From: a bacterium ADurb.Bin236
GTDB taxonomy: Bacteria > UBP15 > UBA6099
NCBI GenBank assembly: GCA_002069885.1
Contig: MWCD01000001.1
Coordinates: 67,795 to 131,794, forward strand
Reading direction: 5' to 3'
Length of the DNA stretch: 64,000 nt
In this document: positions 57,208-64,000 of the stretch, in pieces
Layout of the letters: each line of letters begins with the position of its first letter
How positions within the stretch are numbered: the first letter of the stretch is position 1
Notes under the pieces: model-generated
The model's input: the letters and a program-made list of their open reading frames with translations, nothing else
The model's database searches: none
What the model was told of the DNA's origin: nothing
Program-made: the position numbers and the translations under genes

Positions 57208-58550
57208 AGGGAGGATTCCTTAAAGATGCGGTGGGCGCGCTCGGTCGCGCCCGCGTTCCGCATAATTACTTTTAATGCGTTTGAGTCTACGCGTGCCCTC
57301 GCCTCTTCGTCGTCGAGAAACTCAGACAGCCGAGCGAACAAATCTTCAGAGTCCTTGACCATCACGCCGCCGCCGCCCGCTTCGAGGGCGCGGGCGCTGG
57401 CGATGAAGTTCATCATGTGCGGACCATAGAAAGCCGCCTTGCCGCAAGCGGCGGGTTCGAGTATGTTGTGTCCGCCCCGTTCCACCAGACTTCCGCCCAC
57501 GAAACACAGAGTTGAGAGACCGTATGCCAGCCTCAACTCTCCTATGGTGTCCATAACCACCACTGATGGAGTTGAGACGACGCCAGCCGAAGCCAGCGAT
57601 GAGCGCAGCTTTGCGTCCGGAAACGAGGCCTGCGCCAGATCAAGAACAACCGCCGCGCGCTCAATGTGCCGCGGCGCCAGAAGAAGCCTCAACTCCGGCC
57701 GTTTCCTCCTCAGACGCGAGAATACGTCGAGTATCATCTCCTCTTCGCCGGGGTGCGTGCTTCCCGCAGTGAAAACAGGGCCGCCGCCGGGATTGAGGAG
57801 CGCCTTCAGTTCTGCCGTCTTTTCGGCGTCGGGAGCGTCGGGAGAGGCGTCGAATTTCATGTTGCCGACGACATGCGTTTTCGCCGCCGGAGCGCCCAGC
57901 CGGATAATCCTCCCGGCGTCCTCTTCCGTCTGCATACCCAGAGCGCGCATCGCGCTGAAAACACTTGAGTAAACTGTTTTCACCATCGCTCCCGCCGAAG
58001 CCATCCTGTCCGACACGCGGCCGTTTAAGAGGATCACCGGAGCGCCGCGCCGCGCGACCGCCGTCGTGAGGTTCGGCCATATCTCTGTTTCCATGAGAAT
58101 CAGCGAGGAAGGCCTGAACGCTTTCAAAGCGCGCCTGACGACCCACGGAAAATCGAACGGGAAATATGCCGCGGTGATGGAACCGCCGAAAGAACTCTCA
58201 AGTATGTTCATGCCGCCTTTGGTGGCTGTGGTGACCACTATCGACGCGTCTTTTTCCCTATCAAGCAGCAACCTTATGAACTTTGTTGCGCCGACGGCCT
58301 CGCCTACGGAAACAGCGTGAACCCAAATCACGCGCTCGCCCGATTTGCGGCGCTTGACGGCGGGATATCTGCCGAATCGCTCCTGCATAGTTCCCGTGAA
58401 CTTCTCGGAGCGCGCTCCCTGCCATAAAAAATAAAGCCGCAGAAAAGGATATGCGGCTATCAGAACCGCGTTGTAGATAATGAGCACAAACAAAAGAACG
58501 CTCTCCTGAACGGTCGCCGCTTCCAGCCCGCCGTTCGTTAAAAAAACCAC
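57204..58550 (-). CDS. waaA: 3-deoxy-D-manno-octulosonic acid (Kdo) transferase
   Basis: The blocks IWVHAVSVGE and FVGGSLVERGGHN(I/P)LEPAA are present. The true start may be an internal GTG near 58502. Confidence 0.8.
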   Translation of the reverse strand: MVFLTNGGLEAATVQESVLLFVLIIYNAVLIAAYPFLRLYFLWQGARSEKFTGTMQERFGRYPAVKRRKSGERVIWVHAVSVGEAVGATKFIRLLLDREKDASIVVTTATKGGMNILESSFGGSITAAYFPFDFPWVVRRALKAFRPSSLILMETEIWPNLTTAVARRGAPVILLNGRVSDRMASAGAMVKTVYSSVFSAMRALGMQTEEDAGRIIRLGAPAAKTHVVGNMKFDASPDAPDAEKTAELKALLNPGGGPVFTAGSTHPGEEEMILDVFSRLRRKRPELRLLLAPRHIERAAVVLDLAQASFPDAKLRSSLASAGVVSTPSVVVMDTIGELRLAYGLSTLCFVGGSLVERGGHNILEPAACGKAAFYGPHMMNFIASARALEAGGGGVMVKDSEDLFARLSEFLDDEEARARVDSNALKVIMRNAGATERAHRIFKESSL

Positions 58551-58656
58551 TGTTAAAACGAGGAAAAGTCTATCCGATAATCTAGGTGTTGTAAAGAATG
58601 AGACTTCAGCCTAGAAACATCTTCGACAATAATTCAATCGCGCTCTCCATGCTAAA

Positions 58657-60114
58657 TCAAAACTTCAAGTTGTACACGACGACATCGTCCGTTTTCCCCT
58701 TTAGTTTGACGCGGCGGCTGGGGCCGAATTGAAAATGTTCTTTTAGTTTCTGATAGACGGTTTCTCCGACAAGGACGCCCTCGCGGCTCGACGACGATAG
58801 AGACTTTATGCGCGAAGTCAGATTCACGGTGTCGCCTATGACGGTGTATTCCATACGCCTGATGCTGCCAATGTTGCCTGCGACGACATTGCCGGAATTG
58901 ACGCCGATGGCCACATTGAATTCCGGCAGCCCGCGCTCCGCCCATACGCGATTGAGCGCGGCCAATCCGTCGCGCAGCCTGATAGCGCATTCGACAGCTT
59001 TTCTTTCGCCGTCCGGGTCGGGCAGCGGCGCGCCCCAGTACGCCATTATGTTGTCTCCGATGAACTTGTCGATTGTTCCGTCCAGTTCGAAAATCGAGTC
59101 CATCGCCATTGAGAAATATTCGCTGAGCATATCCAGAAGAAGAGCGGCGTCCATGCTCTTTGACAACTCGCGGAAATTGACGACTTCGGCAAAAAACACT
59201 GTCACCCAAGCGCTGCTGCCTCCGAGGTCAAGCTTGTCAGGGTCCTTTAGAATCTGTTCAGCGACGCGTTTTGAGACGTAAGAAGAAAATGTGTCCAGAA
59301 TCCTCTCTCTGTTTATTTCATGATTGATGGTGGTTTTCAAAAGTTCGGCGTGTTCTATAGAGCTTTCCATCGCCCTTTTTATGGAGGACAGATAAGAAAC
59401 CATGTCTGCGCCGAATCTTTCCGCGGAACTGTCGGCGACGGCAATTACGCCTTTTACCGAGCCGCTCCAGATGAGAGGGAATACTGATAGGAAATCTAAC
59501 TGTGCGCTTTGGTCGGAAGGGCCGCAGTATTCGAGGCGGGGGTCGCTGTGGGTGAAGCGACTGACGAAAAGTCGGCCTGACCTTGCGACTTCATAAAATA
59601 GGTGGTCTGAAGGAAGAGGCTCGGCAGACAATTCGCCGCGAGGCCGCAGTTGCCCGAGTTCGTCGAACAGAAAAACATCAGCGCTCGCCGCGCTCGCTCT
59701 ATGGGCGAAGTTATCTTCTAGCGCAGCCAACAACGAGTCTTCGTCAGGGTTGTCCTGAAACTTTTTCATCGCGTCGATGATGCCCGCGACGTTTTCCCTG
59801 CTCTCTTTTATCGTTTTGAGGATGTGGCCGAGATAAACGCCGGCTCCCATTAGAGCGAAAGAGGCAAATACGAAATTTGTTCCGGACCTCGTCGCTCTCG
59901 AATACTGAAGTATGAAAAAAGGAGACAGGCTCAGCAACAAGATTAAAGAAGTCAGAATAGAGCCGGTTCTTCTGAAGTAAAGTCCTGAGAGAGCGACAGG
60001 GACTACCACCAGCGGGCGCGCCCACTCTTCCATCGGAAAGTTGAACCACGTGGTAAATGCGATTATGGACAACGCCGCCAGCGACGTTGCCGCGACCAGC
60101 CCGACTCGTTTCAT
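58657..60114 (-). CDS. Membrane-anchored GAF-domain class III adenylate/guanylate cyclase
   Basis: About four N-terminal TM helices are followed by a GAF-like region and a cyclase homology domain (KFIGDNIMAYWGAP). Its ATG overlaps the upstream stop. Confidence 0.7.
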   Translation of the reverse strand: MKRVGLVAATSLAALSIIAFTTWFNFPMEEWARPLVVVPVALSGLYFRRTGSILTSLILLLSLSPFFILQYSRATRSGTNFVFASFALMGAGVYLGHILKTIKESRENVAGIIDAMKKFQDNPDEDSLLAALEDNFAHRASAASADVFLFDELGQLRPRGELSAEPLPSDHLFYEVARSGRLFVSRFTHSDPRLEYCGPSDQSAQLDFLSVFPLIWSGSVKGVIAVADSSAERFGADMVSYLSSIKRAMESSIEHAELLKTTINHEINRERILDTFSSYVSKRVAEQILKDPDKLDLGGSSAWVTVFFAEVVNFRELSKSMDAALLLDMLSEYFSMAMDSIFELDGTIDKFIGDNIMAYWGAPLPDPDGERKAVECAIRLRDGLAALNRVWAERGLPEFNVAIGVNSGNVVAGNIGSIRRMEYTVIGDTVNLTSRIKSLSSSSREGVLVGETVYQKLKEHFQFGPSRRVKLKGKTDDVVVYNLKF

Positions 60115-61001
60115 ATTATTCCCGCCATAAGCAAAACTTCGTTCATAGCCGACATAACAAAACACACCGCAAACGATGTGCGCATCCTCTTAAAAGTCAG
60201 GCTCATAACAAGAGTCATAAGGAGCGCCTCCGCTATGAATCCTCCTATAATTGACTGTATCGGGATTGTTCCGAGGAAAGAAAAAAAGGCGAAGTAAGGA
60301 AGGTGCACGGCTGAAATCATCGTCAGCAGAATAACGGTCGTTCCGACAGTTGTCAGCCCTCTTTCGTCTTGTCTGTTCCAGACTGCGTAAATGAAACTGA
60401 ACAGAATCAGCGCCTGTGACCACATAACGGCAAAATGAGGGGCGACTTTCCAGAAATCAAAACTCACCGGAAATCCCCAGTTTGAGACGAAGATGACAGT
60501 GTACGCAAGAACAACGCATCCAGCCAACGCGGATTTGGCAATGTCGGCAGTCATTCTGCCTTTTCGCATCCCGAATTTTGCCATAAGCCCGGGTTCGGAC
60601 ACGGCAAGATAAAAAACCGCCCAACAAGCGAACGCCGGATAAAAAACATACATTTTCGGAGTGTCGTAGAAAAAGTATTCCCACGACTGAAAACCGGGCA
60701 TGCTGATTAGAATCAATACCGCGCGCCGGAGATTCAACGCGCCGAAAACCGCCAGCCCGCCGATAAAGATTATCAAATGCAGCGCGACCGCATAGCAGTC
60801 GGAAACCTGTCTTTCAAACAATCCTGCTTTATGCATAAAAACCATGAATCCTGAAACGCATCCGTAAGCGAAAAGCAGAATAATAGCGCGGATGAAAACA
60901 GGGTCGCTGAACGACCTGAACTTTTCGCGTTCAAGAGAAGCGTCTTCCTTTAGTCGCAATTCAGAGAATGTTTTTTCAAGTTCAGCCGAGCCTAAGCTCA
61001 T
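60111..61001 (-). CDS. Polytopic integral membrane protein of unknown function
   Basis: There are about 8 predicted TM segments. I recognised no motif. Confidence 0.5.
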   Translation of the reverse strand: MSLGSAELEKTFSELRLKEDASLEREKFRSFSDPVFIRAIILLFAYGCVSGFMVFMHKAGLFERQVSDCYAVALHLIIFIGGLAVFGALNLRRAVLILISMPGFQSWEYFFYDTPKMYVFYPAFACWAVFYLAVSEPGLMAKFGMRKGRMTADIAKSALAGCVVLAYTVIFVSNWGFPVSFDFWKVAPHFAVMWSQALILFSFIYAVWNRQDERGLTTVGTTVILLTMISAVHLPYFAFFSFLGTIPIQSIIGGFIAEALLMTLVMSLTFKRMRTSFAVCFVMSAMNEVLLMAGII

Positions 61002-61011
61002 CGTTTGCGCC

Positions 61012-61854
61012 TCAATAGACCAGCGATTTATAAAACATGTAATAGAGCAGATATGACAAAAAAACCATCCTTGTGGAACGGCAGAAATAGAAAGCCATAG
61101 TAAGAGTCACTTGTGTGAGCAGGCAGGCGGCGAGTGAGCCGATGAAAGCCGTCACCGGGTCTTTGCTTCCGATTACGTTCGGAGCCCACATTGAAAAGAC
61201 GAAGAGCGTGTTGATTAGCACAGGAACGGAAAGCTCAAATCTGCGATCCAACAACGCGCGGGTAAACAAACCGTAGATTATCCCGAAAACGGGGCCGTAA
61301 ACCGCGATATTAACTGCCAGATAGAAAACAAACTGTGCGGGCGAAGGGAAGGAGACCGAGGCTCCTCGCGCTTTGCTTATGAAAAAATATGTCACTGTTA
61401 TAAATACAGCCGCAGTCAATAAGGAGAAAGCGGCTTCTTTCTTCAAGTCGGAAGCAGCCGCATATCCGAGAGACGAGAGCGTTTTGGGGGCGGATTTTAT
61501 CAAGGCCGCCAGCGACAGGAAAGCAGGGAACGCAAACACCAGAAACGAAGGCGCAATAAAAATGCTCCCTGCTATCGCAAATACGGCAAAACCCGCAAAA
61601 ACAATAAACCTGAACCAAGCCGCAAGAGACATTCCGCCTGCGGATGCTAGAGCCGCTGGAAAAGCGATAAACAAAAAAACCATTGCCCCCGTAGCTTCTC
61701 TAGCCTGCTCTTCATAAAAAGCAAAAACAATAGCCGAAGCGAAAAAAGCCGCCGCAAAGACTGACGCCGATATGCGGAACGTCGGCTCAGTAAATAGAGA
61801 CATCTTCTGGAAACCGTTGTAATAAGCTTCCGTTTTTCTGTAATAGTAATTCAT
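61012..61854 (-). CDS. Polytopic integral membrane protein of unknown function
   Basis: The protein is highly hydrophobic and 280 aa long. Its start overlaps the stop of the second cyclase. Confidence 0.5.
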   Translation of the reverse strand: MNYYYRKTEAYYNGFQKMSLFTEPTFRISASVFAAAFFASAIVFAFYEEQAREATGAMVFLFIAFPAALASAGGMSLAAWFRFIVFAGFAVFAIAGSIFIAPSFLVFAFPAFLSLAALIKSAPKTLSSLGYAAASDLKKEAAFSLLTAAVFITVTYFFISKARGASVSFPSPAQFVFYLAVNIAVYGPVFGIIYGLFTRALLDRRFELSVPVLINTLFVFSMWAPNVIGSKDPVTAFIGSLAACLLTQVTLTMAFYFCRSTRMVFLSYLLYYMFYKSLVY

Positions 61855-63365
61855 AGCCGCATGCCTTTTATTACAAACAATTCGTCGTCGCGCGCGGCGA
61901 CGGTTTCGTCTATTCTCTCTATGTCAAACTTGTCCGATATCAAATCAGCGGTCTGGCGGGTAACCAGCAGTTTCTCGCCGTGCCGTTTGGTGAGGGATTC
62001 CGTCCGCATAGCCTTGTCGACCTCTTCGCCGATTATGGTGAACATGGTTTTTCTGTTGTCGCCGACGTTGCCGACGAGCGCCTCTGCGGTATGCACGCCC
62101 ACTCCTGTCCTAAAGGTCTCCTTTCCTTCAGAAGCCCATTTTGCGTTCAGGCCTTCGACCGCCGCAAGGATGTCGAGAGCGGCGAGAGCGGCGTTTTCGG
62201 CGTGTCTTTCATCAGGCGCCGGGGCGCCCCAGTACGCCACCACGCAATCGCCTATGTATTTGTCGATAGCGCCGTTTCGGTTAAACACCACATCGACAAT
62301 GACGGTGAAATATTCGTTCAGTCTGCGGACAAGCTCCTGAGGGGATATCCTCTCGGAGATTGTCGTAAAATCCCTGATGTCAGTAATTAGAATCGAAATC
62401 AACTGGCGGCGGCTTTTCAGCAAATCCGGGTTCGATAGCATGTGCTCGGCGACGGACGACGAAACGAATCTTGAAAACAACTCTTTGGATCTTTTTTCGC
62501 GAGCCAACTCTTCTTGCCTTCTTCGCTCCTGACCGATGTTCGCCACGACCGCCGCGGCGGCGTCCGCAGCCAGTTGTATGAGGGACGCGTCCTCTTCGTC
62601 GAAATCCACGCCGTCGCTTTTGTTTATAAGCGCCACTGCGCCTGTCACGCCGTTCTTGGAGCGCATAGGGGCGGCCAGCATTGATTTGATCCCTGAGTCG
62701 CCGCTCGGAATAAACCTTTCATCCGCGTCCGCCGAACTGCATGAAAACAATTTGTTTTCCGAGGCGCATCTCATAAGAGGATGCGTTTCGTCAAAGGTCG
62801 GCAAATCAGCGAAACCGGTTTCGATACGATATAAAACAGGCGGAATGGACGAAACTTCCAAATCAGCGGATGGATTCAGAACAACCGCCACAGCCTCCGC
62901 GCCTGTGAGCCTGACCGTCTGCTCGGCCAGCCGCATCATCACATCCCTCTCCGTGGTCGAGCCTCCTATAGTCAGCATCGCTTCCGAAGCTGTCTCTGCG
63001 TCTTTATTGGCTTTTCGTCCTCTGCCTACCGCCCACCCTGAAAACACGCCGAGGAGATTCAAAAACACGAGCATTGGGATAATGACCAACACGCCCACCG
63101 CGCTGTCGACGTGAAACGGCTCGACCGGCGCGTATAAAAGATATAAAACGGTCACGATTATCCCTGTCGCGATGCCGCCCTTGAGGCCGAACCCGCTGCC
63201 GGCTTGATAGATTGGAAAAAGAAGAAAGAACTTTATATAATCGCGTCCGCTCCACCCAACTGCCAGAGCGGAGAACATTACGGCGAAACAAACCGCGATT
63301 TCAATCAATATCAAAGCCCAAAGCTTGCTTTCTTTGCGCCTTGTCGCCGCGATGTCGCTATTCAA
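61851..63365 (-). CDS. Membrane-anchored GAF-domain class III adenylate/guanylate cyclase (paralog)
   Basis: N-terminal TM helices are followed by GAF and a cyclase domain (KYIGDCVVAYWGAP). The apparent start is a TTG at 63365. Confidence 0.7.
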   Translation of the reverse strand: MNSDIAATRRKESKLWALILIEIAVCFAVMFSALAVGWSGRDYIKFFLLFPIYQAGSGFGLKGGIATGIIVTVLYLLYAPVEPFHVDSAVGVLVIIPMLVFLNLLGVFSGWAVGRGRKANKDAETASEAMLTIGGSTTERDVMMRLAEQTVRLTGAEAVAVVLNPSADLEVSSIPPVLYRIETGFADLPTFDETHPLMRCASENKLFSCSSADADERFIPSGDSGIKSMLAAPMRSKNGVTGAVALINKSDGVDFDEEDASLIQLAADAAAAVVANIGQERRRQEELAREKRSKELFSRFVSSSVAEHMLSNPDLLKSRRQLISILITDIRDFTTISERISPQELVRRLNEYFTVIVDVVFNRNGAIDKYIGDCVVAYWGAPAPDERHAENAALAALDILAAVEGLNAKWASEGKETFRTGVGVHTAEALVGNVGDNRKTMFTIIGEEVDKAMRTESLTKRHGEKLLVTRQTADLISDKFDIERIDETVAARDDELFVIKGMRL

Positions 63366-63482
63366 TGTATTGCAACCATTAGACTGATTAATGTCAATTT
63401 GTCATTCAAACGATAATATACATCAGGGATGTTAATTGGGATAGATATATTTTAAAGCCGCAGAAACGAAACGCCGAGTCTT

Positions 63483-64000
63483 TTATAACTCCATCGAAGC
63501 AAAGGCGACAGCGTTGCGGAATATTGCGAACCCGTCGCCACGCTCTGAGGCCTCGCCGCGAGTCCATCTCGGATGCTGAGTGGATAGGACATGGCGCTCC
63601 GGATGAGGCATCAGTCCGAACACGCGGCCGGTCGCGTTGCAAATCCCCGCAAGATCGTCTTCCGAGCCGTTGGGGTTGACGGGATACGGGCCGGGTTTCC
63701 CGGCAGCGTCTGAATACTTAAACACGCCCTGCTTCGCCGCGCGAAGTTTGTCTCTAGTTTTTTCGTTGTCGAAAATCAGTTTGCCTTCTCCGTGCGCTAT
63801 CGGAAGGTATATCGGGGTTTCAATGCCTTGAGTGAATATGCACACATTTCCCTCGACCGGGTTGAGATGGACCCACCTGCAATCGAATTTGCCTGAATCG
63901 TTGTCGAATAGAGTGACGCTCTGTTTTGCCGCGCCGGAACCCGCTTCTCCGGCTCCGAATCCCGGCAGAAGTCCGGTCTTCACCAAAACTTGGAACCCGT
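63483..64000 (-). CDS. FGAM synthase glutamine amidotransferase domain (PurL C-terminal or PurQ), 3' end of the gene only; the 5' end lies beyond the window
   Basis: The blocks IAHGEG and GLMPHPER...IFRNAV are present. The reading frame stays open past position 64000. Confidence 0.7.
   Translation of the reverse strand, partial: GFQVLVKTGLLPGFGAGEAGSGAAKQSVTLFDNDSGKFDCRWVHLNPVEGNVCIFTQGIETPIYLPIAHGEGKLIFDNEKTRDKLRAAKQGVFKYSDAAGKPGPYPVNPNGSEDDLAGICNATGRVFGLMPHPERHVLSTQHPRWTRGEASERGDGFAIFRNAVAFASMEL

Noticed and set aside
57439-58146. 177-aa plus-strand and 161-aa minus-strand ORFs within waaA
   Set aside because: They are overlapping alternative frames. The WaaA frame has clear family blocks.

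Overview
This is a 64 kb bacterial chromosomal segment of about 58% GC with dense coding on both strands and several short AT-rich spacers. The gene content points to a Gram-negative anaerobe: LPS/Kdo genes (kdsA, lpxK, waaA, split hldE), AsmA, 2-hydroxyacyl-CoA dehydratase with its activase, Fe-ADH and radical SAM enzymes. Housekeeping genes are recognisable. secA sits immediately upstream of prfB, and prfB carries the canonical programmed +1 frameshift (CTT TGA C with an internal SD), which the ORF track splits. A 3' partial FGAM synthase glutaminase domain lies at the window end, and the 3' part of a lipoprotein gene on the minus strand at the window start was missed by the ORF track. Carbohydrate-related genes are GH4, GH5, a cytoplasmic GH84 (O-GlcNAcase-like), galK and a glgC-family gene. 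A small catabolic cluster holds an XRE-cupin regulator, a class I aldolase, two Zn-ADHs, a family III CoA-transferase, an orphan TRAP binding protein and a DHH phosphoesterase. The most unusual content is a dispersed flagellar-regulon-like set with no flagellar structural genes in the window. A 983-aa 'giant' flagellin has its variable region replaced by a roughly 700-aa insert carrying TolB/PD40-like beta-propeller blades and Asp-rich Ca-binding (TSP3-like) repeats. A second flagellin-family gene has a C-terminal extension, and a 60-aa peptide gene is bracketed by a strong RBS and a terminator. Each of the three is preceded by a near-consensus sigma-28 (FliA) promoter: TAAACTTT-N11-GCCGATAA, TAAAGTTT-N11-GCCGATTT and TCAAGATT-N11-GCCGATAT. 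Four STAS anti-sigma-antagonist genes sit close to these. Other notable items are a fused McsA-McsB protein arginine kinase coupled to mobA, a translationally coupled four-gene operon of two membrane GAF nucleotide cyclases flanking two polytopic membrane proteins, an FecR+FGE-domain lipoprotein, and a radical SAM/SPASM protein with a CX5CX2C motif. I found no CRISPR arrays, tRNA or rRNA genes, or clear mobile elements.
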